Source: an uncultured Verrucomicrobiae bacterium (GTDB lineage: Bacteria; Verrucomicrobiota; Verrucomicrobiia; Limisphaerales; UBA11358). Taken from it: a DNA stretch of 64,000 nucleotides. Under the pieces are notes generated by a model. It was not told the DNA's origin and did no database searches. It was given only the letters and a program-made list of their open reading frames with translations. Each line of letters starts with the position of its first letter. Position 1 is the first letter of the stretch. Position numbers and translations under genes: made by a program. Positions 40,224 through 52,992 of the stretch are shown here, piece after piece. The DNA lies in assembly GCA_963769285.1 (NCBI GenBank), contig CAVYLE010000005.1, positions 115,235 to 179,234 of the forward strand, given 5' to 3'.

Positions 40224-41987
40224 TCAGGATGGAATCGTTATCCCACAGGCAGTTAATTTCGCGAGAAGAATTTCCATGCTCAATGTTTCGTTGTGTATCC
40301 AACAAATCAGCGTGATGCCATTGTCTCCGCATTTTTTAGCTTTAAGTTGGTCGCGCTGCCGGGTTCGCGCCAAACCTTCTTCCCCGCCAAAAACAGCGAC
40401 GTTTTCAAAGTGTTGTTGACCTTGATATTCAAACCCAACTTTTATTGAAGGCACGTAGCAATCCAAGTGCTGCGGATTTAGCCAATCCGGCTGCGAGTGC
40501 AACTCGGCATCTGGAAATTTTTTCTGGATCAGACGGAACATTCGCATTTCCGAGACCCAACCCTCGCCGATACGTGGTAAGCCGTGACGTTCTCGAAGCA
40601 AATTCTCGGCTTCCCTGAGCACCTCTTCTACCAATTCTACAAAGGGATTTTCCACTTCTGAACTGGTGATTGTCCGATGACGAATAAGATCAATTTCGTA
40701 GAATACTTTCCCCTCAATGGTGTGCTGTCGTCCGGTGAATCGAATGCCGTTGGTTCCAAATGAAGACTTCTCAATTTCGTTCAATGAAGTAATGGCAGCG
40801 AACTCAGGCTTGCGCGGCCCGCGAAATCGCCGACGCCATGATTTCGGAAAATAACCTTCAATCATGTTTATGTGAAGGCCACAAGCGTAAACATGATCGT
40901 CGCAAAACGCAGGAGAGTAGTTTGTCCAGAGACCAGTGTATTCAGAATCCTCAATTGACTTCTCGACTCGACAATGCCGGATTTGATCTGGATAACGGTC
41001 AAAGAGTCTGCCTTCCGGGCAAGAGTCGTATTGGGCTGAAAAATTCACCGGCGTGAAGTCTCGCTTCACTTCGCCGTCGAGGAGGAATGCACCAAAATGC
41101 CAGTCGTGGCGCCGGGCTTCAATCATCTGTTCCATCGTTGGGGCGTGTTTCAATATGATGTCCAAGGGTTGCTCCTGTCCGGAATCCCGGCAGCGAGTCA
41201 ATGCGATATCAATACATTCAACGTATTCAGCCAAGTTTTGCTTCAGAAATTCGTCACATGACGACTCGCTCCTGAAAAACAACAGGTCTCGCCCAGCAAG
41301 CGGAATCCGTGACAGTCGCTTCAGATAAATCAGCTCGCTCGTCAACTCACCGTAGAACTTGCTGCCAAGGCTTTCGTAATAGGCTGTAACCGCTGCTGTA
41401 CCTGCACCTGCTGCAATAAGCTCGTGAATATGTTTGATGTAGGCAACCGGCTCTGTTGACAGAGGTTTTGTTGCGGGAATAGCCTTCATTGTTTCGTAGT
41501 CGAAGCCATCCAAGCAACCTTCTGCTTTGAGCTTTTGTTGCACAGCCAACATATCTCGGCTTATTCCATTAACGTATGTGTCGCGTATAAATTTCGACAA
41601 CTCTGCCCCAGACTTGCCTGTGCTGTGCTCGATTTCTTGAAGGCACTGTTTGATGCGAGCGGATTGGTTGGATGCTGGCGACCAACCCTGACGCCCATCC
41701 GACTTCTTGCACGCCAAATACAAACGGATTGGCTCAACTCCATGAAGCTTTGGTCTGGGCAGTTTTCTGGCAAGAAGATAAAGTCGGTGCATCAAATCAA
41801 TTTGCTCACCGGAAAATGAAACGATGTGCCAAACATCAGTCCCTTCCCCGCGAACTTCGTGACGAGCGGCAAGCGAAGCGAGTTCCAAGGCATGAGGGTA
41901 AAACTTGCTGCGCTTGGAAATGCCGAAATGGATATGGAATTCTTGGCTCGTAATTGCGGGAGTTGTTTCGGCTTCCGGCGGCGGCAT
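40224..41987 (-). CDS. Hypothetical protein with C-terminal PD-(D/E)xK-like endonuclease domain
   Basis: WVSE...LDCYVPSIKVGFEYQGQQHF...RDQLKAKKC; visibly more AT-rich than neighbours. Confidence 0.6.
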   Translation of the reverse strand: MPPPEAETTPAITSQEFHIHFGISKRSKFYPHALELASLAARHEVRGEGTDVWHIVSFSGEQIDLMHRLYLLARKLPRPKLHGVEPIRLYLACKKSDGRQGWSPASNQSARIKQCLQEIEHSTGKSGAELSKFIRDTYVNGISRDMLAVQQKLKAEGCLDGFDYETMKAIPATKPLSTEPVAYIKHIHELIAAGAGTAAVTAYYESLGSKFYGELTSELIYLKRLSRIPLAGRDLLFFRSESSCDEFLKQNLAEYVECIDIALTRCRDSGQEQPLDIILKHAPTMEQMIEARRHDWHFGAFLLDGEVKRDFTPVNFSAQYDSCPEGRLFDRYPDQIRHCRVEKSIEDSEYTGLWTNYSPAFCDDHVYACGLHINMIEGYFPKSWRRRFRGPRKPEFAAITSLNEIEKSSFGTNGIRFTGRQHTIEGKVFYEIDLIRHRTITSSEVENPFVELVEEVLREAENLLRERHGLPRIGEGWVSEMRMFRLIQKKFPDAELHSQPDWLNPQHLDCYVPSIKVGFEYQGQQHFENVAVFGGEEGLARTRQRDQLKAKKCGDNGITLICWIHNETLSMEILLAKLTACGITIPS

Positions 41988-41996
41988 AGCAGAATG

Positions 41997-45052
<3,056 letters not shown>

Positions 45053-45056
<4 letters not shown>

Positions 45057-45541
45057 GCGGCGGTTTTCAATCCGAACGAAGCCAGTTTTGCGCGGGTGGA
45101 TCTGTAATCCGTGTGCAGAATGCCGTGAATCCCCAAGCCTTCTGCGATCTGGACGAACATTGGGGTGTTTTCGATATAAACCACCTGACGGGCTGGCACC
45201 TGGGAGATGTCCAGCGCCATCTGGAAGATGGCTTCATCAGGCTTGTGCAGGTGGACGAAGCAGGAGGAAACAAAGGCATCCACAAATTCGTCCAGCTTGA
45301 AGGTTCGAATCCGATGCACATTCAACTCACGCGCTTCGTTGCTGAGCACGATGATCTTCAAGTCATACTTTGCCTTGAGCTGACGGATTTCCTCGCTGAG
45401 GAACGGTGAGCCATATAGTTCGTAACCGGCGTTTAATTTTTCGTTCACTTTCCGCGCCAGCTCGTCATGGGTGGCGGCATCGGCATGAAACGGCACCGCG
45501 ACAATGATGTATTCGATCAGAGTTTTCATGTTATTTGTCAT
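45053..45541 (-). CDS. Chimeric ORF: DUF1737-like N-terminus fused to the C-terminal half of a HAD phosphatase
   Basis: KVNEKLNAGYELYGSPF then LSNEARELN, KPDEAIF, VYIENTP; HAD motif I absent. Confidence 0.6.
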
Positions 45542-48066
45542 CGTATCGCCTCCAGCTTAATTTCCCGTTCCGCTTGGAGCCAATCCCGGTCGGTTTGACC
45601 GTTCTGGCGGCCCCGTTGCTCGTATAATTCATAAGCCCGCTTCGCGATCCGTGGCATCGGGTCATCTTTTTGACACCGAGCAGCGGAGCTGAGTTCACCA
45701 GTCTTCAGTCGCCCACATTCTATGGTTAGGCTTCGCAGCCTTTGCGCGAGTTTCTCGGTCAGCGCGCCATCCTTCAGTCGCCAACCCCAGTTTCCTTTCG
45801 CAATTCCAGGAAAATTCATTCGCGCTTCCGACCCCAGTTCCAGGAGATCTTGCGCCGGAACGATGGCGGTGTTGGCCTGCGATGCCAGCGCTTCACGGAT
45901 CATGGCCCAGACAATTTCCAGGTTGTTTGCCCCCAATTTTTTTTGCAAGGCTTTGCGTTGCGTACCTGGCAACTTCCGGTACCAGCCTGCCGTTGTGTCG
46001 TTATCATGGGTTCCGGTATAGACCACGGTTTTCAGCGGATGCGGAGCTGGCGGATCAGAATTGGTTTGGATATCTGAACCGAACTCGAATTGGAGCACCC
46101 GGGTGCCGGGAATCTGAAATTGGTCGAGTAAAGTCACCACTTCGGGGGATGTGGCCCCGAGATCATCCGCAATCAAAGGCAATGATCCAAGGGCTTCGCG
46201 GATGGCTTTGAAAAAAGACGCACCGCCTCCAGGTTGATACTGCCCGTTCACAGCCGTCCGGGCTTGCGCAGACACTTCATAGGTGCGGACAAAGCCGATA
46301 AAATGATCCAGCCGATTGACATCGAATCGGCCAAATGCCGTCCGCAGGCGTTCAATCCACCAATGATAGTTCTCCGCTTGCAGCGCCTCCCAGTTATACA
46401 CTGGCAGCCCCCAAAGCTGCCCGGTTTTGGAGAAATAGTCGGGCGGGACTCCCGCAACCACCGCAGGATTTCCATCAGCGTTCAGTTTGAAAAGTTCGGG
46501 ATGAGCCCAGACATCGGCGCTGTGGTGAGCCACGAACAGGGGAATATCGCCGATGAGTTGGATGCCTTTGGACGCACAGCAAGCTCTTAATTCTTTCCAC
46601 TGCACTGAAAACTGCCACTGGACAAACTCATGATAACGGATGTCATCGGCAAAGTGTTTCTGCGCGCGAATGACGGCGTCTGGCAGGCGCGTTCGCAGTT
46701 CTTGGTTCCATCGGGTCCAATCCGCAGTGCCCTCTTTTTCCTGGATGGCCGAGAACAGCGAAAAATCCTCAAGCCAGAAAGACTCCGCGCGGGAAAATGC
46801 GTCGAACTCGGATTGTCTGCCACCGTGCCTCTTCTCTCCAAAATGCTCGAATGCTTTTTTTAACAAGGCCATTTTCCAGCGTGCCGCTTCGGGATAATTC
46901 ACATTCCCAGCGACCCTGGAGATTGGAAGCCCGATTTCCTGGCGGCTGAGAAGCCCTTGCTCCACCAACCGATCAGGACTTGCCAGAAGCGGATTGCCGG
47001 TGCCGTCCCGGCCGAGAACCGACGCCAAGTCAAACCGGAATCCATCCACATGCATCTCGACCGTCCAATATCGGAGCGCGGCCAGGATGTGGTCCCGAAC
47101 CACGGGATGGTTGGCATTGACGGCATTGCCGGTCCCTGCGTAATCTTTGTAGTAGCGCTTGTCGTCCGCCAGTGTGTAGAAGATCGCATTGTCCATCCCG
47201 CGGAAACATAGCGTCGGACCCAGTTCGTCTCCCTCCGCCGTGTGATTGAACACCACATCTAGGATCACTTCGATGCCGGCCTTGTGAAATGCCTGCACCA
47301 TTTCCTTGAACTCCAGCTTCTGCTGGCCCAAACCTCCCGAACTGCAATAGGAAGCTTTGGGCGCAAAGTAGGTCACGGAATCATAGCCCCAGTAATTCTT
47401 GAGCCGTTGATTGGTTTGCGGATTCCGGCGCGTGACCGAATTTTCATTGAACTCCTGCACGGGCATCAGTTCCACAGCGGTCACTCCCAGGGTTTTGAGA
47501 TAGGGAATCTTTTCCATCACACCCCGGTAGGTCCCCGGATGGTTTATGCCCGACTTCGGATGAATGGTAAAGCCGCGCACATGCGTTTCATAAATGACGG
47601 TCTTGGACCCAGGGTGCCGGGGTGGCTGGTCGCCATCCCACTCGAAGGGCTCGTTGACAAATACGCATTTCGGCATCGTCCCGGCATTGTCCAGCTTCGA
47701 TGGAGTCAAATCTTTCCCCGGCGACGATGGGTCATATCCAAGTGCCAATGCAAAATCCCACAGGGGTGGCCGCGAAATCGCGGCGGCGAAGGGATCGAGG
47801 AGAAGCTTGTTGAAATTGAAACGATATCCTTTATTTGGTTCGTAAGGGCCGTCCACGCGATAGGCATAGAATTGACCGGAAGCGATTCCTTTTACCCAAA
47901 TGTGCCAGACGTCGCCGGTGCGGTTGTGTGTTGAATCCAGATCAATCGTCCGCGCGGGCGCGGCATCTTCGGGATGGTTGAAGAATTCCAGTCGAACACG
48001 GCTGGCGTAGCGGCTGAAAATGGCGAAGTTCACTCCGCCGTTGCTTTCGTGGGCGCCCAATGGCAT
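45538..48066 (-). CDS. In-frame chimera: GlgX (GH13) N-terminal half + MalQ (GH77) lacking its N-terminus + DUF2934-like tail
   Basis: GlgX IYETHVRGFT, NYWGY, DVVFNHTAEG, DGFRFDLAS; then MalQ GNPLL, GVPPDYFSKTGQLWG, RLDHFIGF, YTGTHDNDT, RMNFPG. Confidence 0.85.
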   Translation of the reverse strand: MPLGAHESNGGVNFAIFSRYASRVRLEFFNHPEDAAPARTIDLDSTHNRTGDVWHIWVKGIASGQFYAYRVDGPYEPNKGYRFNFNKLLLDPFAAAISRPPLWDFALALGYDPSSPGKDLTPSKLDNAGTMPKCVFVNEPFEWDGDQPPRHPGSKTVIYETHVRGFTIHPKSGINHPGTYRGVMEKIPYLKTLGVTAVELMPVQEFNENSVTRRNPQTNQRLKNYWGYDSVTYFAPKASYCSSGGLGQQKLEFKEMVQAFHKAGIEVILDVVFNHTAEGDELGPTLCFRGMDNAIFYTLADDKRYYKDYAGTGNAVNANHPVVRDHILAALRYWTVEMHVDGFRFDLASVLGRDGTGNPLLASPDRLVEQGLLSRQEIGLPISRVAGNVNYPEAARWKMALLKKAFEHFGEKRHGGRQSEFDAFSRAESFWLEDFSLFSAIQEKEGTADWTRWNQELRTRLPDAVIRAQKHFADDIRYHEFVQWQFSVQWKELRACCASKGIQLIGDIPLFVAHHSADVWAHPELFKLNADGNPAVVAGVPPDYFSKTGQLWGLPVYNWEALQAENYHWWIERLRTAFGRFDVNRLDHFIGFVRTYEVSAQARTAVNGQYQPGGGASFFKAIREALGSLPLIADDLGATSPEVVTLLDQFQIPGTRVLQFEFGSDIQTNSDPPAPHPLKTVVYTGTHDNDTTAGWYRKLPGTQRKALQKKLGANNLEIVWAMIREALASQANTAIVPAQDLLELGSEARMNFPGIAKGNWGWRLKDGALTEKLAQRLRSLTIECGRLKTGELSSAARCQKDDPMPRIAKRAYELYEQRGRQNGQTDRDWLQAEREIKLEAIR

Positions 48067-48085
48067 GGGAGAGCCAGCCCGAACG

Positions 48086-48229
48086 TCAGCGTGCTCGGAA
48101 ACGCCCGACGATTTTCGTCGAATAATCCGCCACTGGGACAGTTGATGAATTGTTTGCGCAGGACGCCAAACAAAATCCCAAGACGACTACTGCGATTGCC
48201 CTTACCCAAGGCATGCAATTGGATTTCAT
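48086..48229 (-). pseudogene. Truncated lipoprotein N-terminus (47 aa) abutting glgX
   Basis: AAGGAG RBS; MKSNCMPWVRAIAVVVLGFCLASC lipobox; stops shortly after running into glgX-derived sequence. Confidence 0.55.
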
Positions 48230-48250
48230 AAGATCAACTCCTTTCATCAT

Positions 48251-48823
48251 TCATGATGTTTTCTTTGGTGGTCTGCTTTCGAGTTCCGCCACTTTCGCCA
48301 GGCGGCGACGAAAACGCTCCGCTCCGGTGAATCGCGCGGCGAGAAATGTTTGAACCAATTCCCAAGCGAGGGCGTGACCGACCACGAGGCCGCCGAAACA
48401 AATCAGGTTCAAATCGTCGTCCTCGACACCTTGATGCGCCGAAAAGTTTTCGTGAATCAAGCAGGCCCGAACCCCCGCTACTTTGTTCGCGCAGACCGAT
48501 GCGCCAACCCCGCTGCCGCAGATGCCCACGCCGCGTTCCACCTTTCTGTCGGCAACCGCCCTGGCCAGTGGCACGATAAAATCCGGGTAGTCGTCGTCCT
48601 CTTTCGGACGGCCGTCACCGAAGTCAACCACTTCATGACCGGCTGCGCGCAATGTCCCGACCAGATATTCCTTCAACTCGTAACCGCCGTGGTCGGCGGC
48701 GATGCCGATGCGTTGAAGCTTTCCTGGCAATTCTGTCAGCACGTCATCACTGGTGCGTTTATTGATGGTGCGCTCATGTCTCCGGTTTGGTTCGGTTGAG
48801 GATTTCTTTGGCATATGCGACAA
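48251..48823 (-). CDS. rpiB: Ribose-5-phosphate isomerase B (RpiB/LacA/LacB family)
   Basis: IAADHGG, DDYPD, CGSGVG, ANKVAGVRA; start uncertain. Confidence 0.88.
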   Translation of the reverse strand: MSHMPKKSSTEPNRRHERTINKRTSDDVLTELPGKLQRIGIAADHGGYELKEYLVGTLRAAGHEVVDFGDGRPKEDDDYPDFIVPLARAVADRKVERGVGICGSGVGASVCANKVAGVRACLIHENFSAHQGVEDDDLNLICFGGLVVGHALAWELVQTFLAARFTGAERFRRRLAKVAELESRPPKKTS

Positions 48824-48975
48824 GGATTGGGTCAGGATCGGGTCGGATCAACCCTTCTGCCGAGGAAGAGGATGCTTCCGGAATGGGTGTCGTGGATCAT
48901 GATGCCTTCAACTTTGGTGCGCCGCGGATTTTTCCATGCCCTTGCCGGCCCACCCCGACGGTCTGTCGTTCAACA

Positions 48976-49268
48976 TCAAGCGATTTGCCTGACGGTGTCT
49001 TGAGTGCCGTAAGGATTGGCCACGCGCAGCATGCATTCCGGATCGTCCCGCCACTCGCCGTCCACGATGAACCGGTAGTGGTGGGCGCCGGGCGGCAGGG
49101 CCACAGTGGTTTTCCAAACCCCTTCGGTGCCCTTCGTCATGGGAATGGCTTGCGCCTGCCATTGTGTGAAGTCGCCTGCCAGCAATACGCTCAACGCGTC
49201 GGGGGCGGTGAATGCGAAGGTTTGTCTCCTGTCATTGCTGCTGTTTTTTGAGTTCGTTTTTTTGCCAT
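48976..49268 (-). CDS. Small glycogen-binding (CBM48/AMPK-beta-like) protein; ATG out of frame by one base in an A7 run
   Basis: LAGDFTQW, G.W...V.LPPGAHHYRFIVDGEWRDDP, NPYG; adding one A at 49257-49263 joins ATG 49268. Confidence 0.75.
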
Positions 49269-49612
49269 GTGTTTTTCCTTTCTACTTGCGTCTGTTCATT
49301 ATTTTTTGCACGCGGAAATAGCTTCCGCCGGTTCGTAAACGTGCCGGACCTGGGTTCACTCGTTCAATCTCCCATGAACCCAGGAGTAGGAACTGGGAAC
49401 TGCCTGTTGCCGGACGTAGACGGGTTCGGACTTTTCCACGCCGTTTCCTGCCACAGGCAGCGAGCGGCGGGGTGAAGCGACAGTCCGGCTTAAATCCTCT
49501 CCGGTGTTTGCGCGAGGCGGACACGGGTTTGGCAGCAACAGTTTTTCAACGGGCAATTCGTTGAACGATTTCAAAGTAAGGTGTGTTTTCATAGCTCTTC
49601 TTGTTGTTTGTG

Positions 49613-50155
49613 TTAGTAGTCGCGCTCTGGCTGCTCCGAGATGTGCTGAAACGTTGGGGTCAAAGAAACCTCGCGTTCGTGCAGGTCGCTCGCAACCACC
49701 GAGGATTTGTCCCCGGCCAGCGCGTTGTCGTCAAATATGAGGCTCAAGCCATGGCGCAGGGCAAACTGCGACAATTCAGGTGTGGCTCGCGCCAAGCGTG
49801 TGTCGGTGCTTCCACCATCCCAAACGGCCAGGGCAGCCTCCTGGACCTGCCTGCGCGTGGCCCACCGCTCCAGCCAGTCCACCAGCCAGGGCAGAAGGGA
49901 CTGAATCTGGCGCACGGCGAGCATGATCAGGTGCGCTTCCGTCGCTTCCGCCAGCGCCGCTTCGGCCGCGGGCGGCAGTTTCAACACGTCCACGCGCCAC
50001 AGCCTGACGCCCCAATGCGTGGTTTCGTCCGTCCGATGCGCCACACGTTCCAGCGTCGCTTTCGCCTTCGTCGCGTAATCGAATTCGTCGTAAATGATGA
50101 CCGCATTCATAGTCGCCTCAAAAACATTTTCTTCTCGTATTGCCGTCGCACTCAT
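49613..50155 (-). CDS. Hypothetical protein
   Basis: 180 aa ORF with GGAG RBS and globular composition. Confidence 0.6.
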   Translation of the reverse strand: MSATAIREENVFEATMNAVIIYDEFDYATKAKATLERVAHRTDETTHWGVRLWRVDVLKLPPAAEAALAEATEAHLIMLAVRQIQSLLPWLVDWLERWATRRQVQEAALAVWDGGSTDTRLARATPELSQFALRHGLSLIFDDNALAGDKSSVVASDLHEREVSLTPTFQHISEQPERDY

Positions 50156-50515
50156 ACGTTTTATCTCCAGTTTTATCAGCGGTTCATCGCTGATGCGTTC
50201 ATAAGTGTGAAAATAATCCAGGTAGCCGCACGGACGCTATGGGGTGTTACCCGGAGATTTCAAAGATGGCTGAAACCAACCAGCCGGTGCCGCCCCTCAT
50301 CCCAGAGCCGGAAGGTGAGGGATTTTAAGCTGGAGAAGAGCGTGACGAGCGGCACGGTTTGAAACTGCGGTTTCGCCTTGCGTTACGGGATGTTTTCCCC
50401 ATGCCAGACTAGCTGAATCCAGCCCCGACACGGCAGGTCGGAAGAGTGGAGAGCGAAACCTGACGCGACCAGGACAAGTCGGAGCGAGGCGGAGAACCCC
50501 CAAAAACTTCCATTG

Positions 50516-51199
50516 TTAAATAATGGTCAACTGGACATTGTGTTCAATGATGCCCATTGCGACGGCGAGGCGGGTGAGTCCGGCGATACTGTGGATGTTG
50601 AGCTTCTCCATGAGACGTTCGCGATGTGTTTCGACGGTCTTTATGCTGATGCCCAGTTCCGCCGCGATTTGTTTGTTGGCTTTGCCTTCGGCAATCAATT
50701 GGAACACTTCCATCTCGCGCGAAGTCAGGCGGCCTTTGCGCGGCGTTAACCGTCCGGCTCGATCCAACGACTTTCGCTCGCGTTCGGGAAGAAGCTTCGC
50801 AATGAACGGGCCAAAAAAGGTATGCCCCTTGTTGACTTCTCGAATCCCCTCGGACAGAACGCGCGCGGAGGCTTGTTTGAGCAAAAATCCCACGGCACCG
50901 GACTCCGTTGCGCTTTTTACATACGCGTCATCATTGTGCGCCGTGAGAATGACTATTCTGGTGCCGGGGACGGCTTTGAGAATCTGACGTGTGGCTTCCA
51001 AACCATTGAGCAGCGGCATGGCGATGTCCATCAGCACCACGGCGGGGCGAAGTCTTTTGACCATGGTGACCGCCTGACGGCCGTCTTCCGCTTCACCGAC
51101 CACTTCGAAGTCGTCTTCCAACTCCAATATCTTGCGAAAACCCTCACGCACGACCGTGTGGTCTTCAGCCAGCAGAACAGTGATTCGTTTCTTAGACAT
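50516..51199 (-). CDS. NarL/FixJ-family response regulator (REC + LuxR HTH)
   Basis: LAEDH, LMDIAMP, LTSREMEV...GKANKQIAAELGISIKTVETHR. Confidence 0.93.
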   Translation of the reverse strand: MSKKRITVLLAEDHTVVREGFRKILELEDDFEVVGEAEDGRQAVTMVKRLRPAVVLMDIAMPLLNGLEATRQILKAVPGTRIVILTAHNDDAYVKSATESGAVGFLLKQASARVLSEGIREVNKGHTFFGPFIAKLLPERERKSLDRAGRLTPRKGRLTSREMEVFQLIAEGKANKQIAAELGISIKTVETHRERLMEKLNIHSIAGLTRLAVAMGIIEHNVQLTII

Positions 51200-51542
51200 T
51201 CAAGGCTTTCTGCCCACAATCATGCCATGCAAAACAAAAAACCTTCAGTGAAATCTTCAGTAACGGAGTTAAGCCGGGTTAGGGAATAACCAACGGAACG
51301 TTGGCGAGAACCGGCAGACGTGCCAGATTCCAGTCTGCTGCGACTGTCAACAAACCGTTGACTGGCATTTTCCGAACATCTCCTTTCCATGAAATATCTT
51401 GCCTTTCACTATTCTCATGGCATCATTGAAAACATTGGCGATAATCAGTATCGCCTTCATGCTTAAGCCGCTGGATTTTTGTTTTGATCAAGAGTGGTTT
51501 TAGCAAAAGTGTGTTGCTCATTCTGAAGCTCTTTTGTGCCTT

Positions 51543-51565
51543 GGGGTGCAATGACGGGGTGCAAT
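51543..51565 (+). promoter_or_regulatory. Putative integrase arm-type sites (GGGGTGCAAT x2)
   Basis: Matches 34644-34665. Confidence 0.6.
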
Positions 51566-51609
51566 GGAAGGATTGAGTAAAAGTCACTTTGTAAGTTGTT
51601 CATTGGTAA

Positions 51610-51696
51610 GCCGATGTGGCGGAATTGGCAGACGCGCCAGACTCAAAATCTGGTACTCGTGAGAGTGTGTGGGTTCGACCCCCTCCGTCGGCACCA
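51610..51696 (+). tRNA. tRNA-Leu(CAA)
   Basis: Acceptor GCCGATG/CGTCGGC, anticodon arm CCAGA-CTCAAAA-TCTGG, long variable arm, GGTTCGACCC T-arm, encoded CCA. Confidence 0.96.
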
Positions 51697-51823
51697 GGGC
51701 TTTCCGGGCGTAACGCATGTTGATTCTGTCCGGTTTTATTTTGTAACTCTTCCAAATCATCCGGGCAGCAGGTAACGCGCCCCGTTTTTCGGAGCGCGAA
51801 AATCAATCCGCGAACCCGCCGCG

Positions 51824-52990
51824 CTATCGGCGCGAACCGTTCGCGGACGCCTTGCGGCGAACGGCGGCGCGTTCAATCGCCGCCGCCAAAGCTGCATCGG
51901 ATGGCATCACGCCAGTTTTGACGGCGCGCTGAATGTCCTGCCATTCGGCTCTAGCCCGTCCATCCTGACTGGCCAGGTAAATCGCTTGCTTCACAGTGTG
52001 CTCAATAGCAGCAACGCCTTTCTGGGATAGGTTTGCCACATCGGCCAAGACTTCGAGGGATCGTTGATTGCCATGCGGCAGCCAGGCCCGCGCAACTTTT
52101 TCCAAATCGGCGATGCTCAGGCTTTCCGGCAGAACGATATATTTTTCAATCCGACCGACGAACTGGCTTGCTGCCCAACCACTCTTGTCAACGTAATCGG
52201 CTTGCGTGTTAAAAAATTGCGGCGTCACCAGTAAGGCCACGCTCGCGCCTTGATTGATCAAACCTGTCATCAACCACGAAATGCGCGATGGACGGGCGAG
52301 CCGATAGTTATGGCTTGGGTATAGATTTGCCGCCTCGTCCACGACCAACAGAACGTCACCGGCCTGCAACGCCGCTTCGATTCGGGGGCGCAGGTTTTTC
52401 GTTTTGGCATTACTCTCGATTGTGATTCCAAGCGCGCGGGCTATCGCGGTGAAAAATGCCAGGTTATCCGCGCTACTCGGCGTTTGAACATATCTGGCGC
52501 GGCCCGGATGTTGCTCAATCCAGTGTTGCGCGGCCCAGGTTTTACCCAAACGCGGCTTGCCGGAGATCAACACCAGACAACGTGATTGACTGCAATAATC
52601 CAAGGCTTCACATACAACGCGCCCAACTTCCGTAACTACGACGCCTTCACTTTTTTGACGCGTGTAATCGGCCATCAATTGCCGCACTTTCGGAAGCACG
52701 GATTGCAAGTCGAGATTCGTTTCCGGGTTCAGGCACAATCCGGCGAGCCATTTCTCTTGATCCGATCCGTTCAAAAATTCCGGCGCGATTTCCGCCGCTG
52801 CCCAACGCAAGCCGCCGCCATACATGCTTAAATGCTGGATGAACCAAACCGCTTCGCGCTGTTCTGCGGATTCCAGGACAGACGCGCGGGCCGCAACCAA
52901 ATTAGCCTTGAGCGCCCGATCCAATACGGAAGATGAAGCCCACCTTTCTTGATGGAAAGCGCCGTTTTGATTTGTGCGGGTGCCAGGCAT
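51824..52990 (-). CDS. MuB/TnsC-like AAA+ transposition ATPase
   Basis: Walker A GKPRLGKT, Walker B LLVVDEA; directly downstream of the transposase. Confidence 0.8.
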   Translation of the reverse strand: MPGTRTNQNGAFHQERWASSSVLDRALKANLVAARASVLESAEQREAVWFIQHLSMYGGGLRWAAAEIAPEFLNGSDQEKWLAGLCLNPETNLDLQSVLPKVRQLMADYTRQKSEGVVVTEVGRVVCEALDYCSQSRCLVLISGKPRLGKTWAAQHWIEQHPGRARYVQTPSSADNLAFFTAIARALGITIESNAKTKNLRPRIEAALQAGDVLLVVDEAANLYPSHNYRLARPSRISWLMTGLINQGASVALLVTPQFFNTQADYVDKSGWAASQFVGRIEKYIVLPESLSIADLEKVARAWLPHGNQRSLEVLADVANLSQKGVAAIEHTVKQAIYLASQDGRARAEWQDIQRAVKTGVMPSDAALAAAIERAAVRRKASANGSRR

Positions 52991-52992
52991 GA

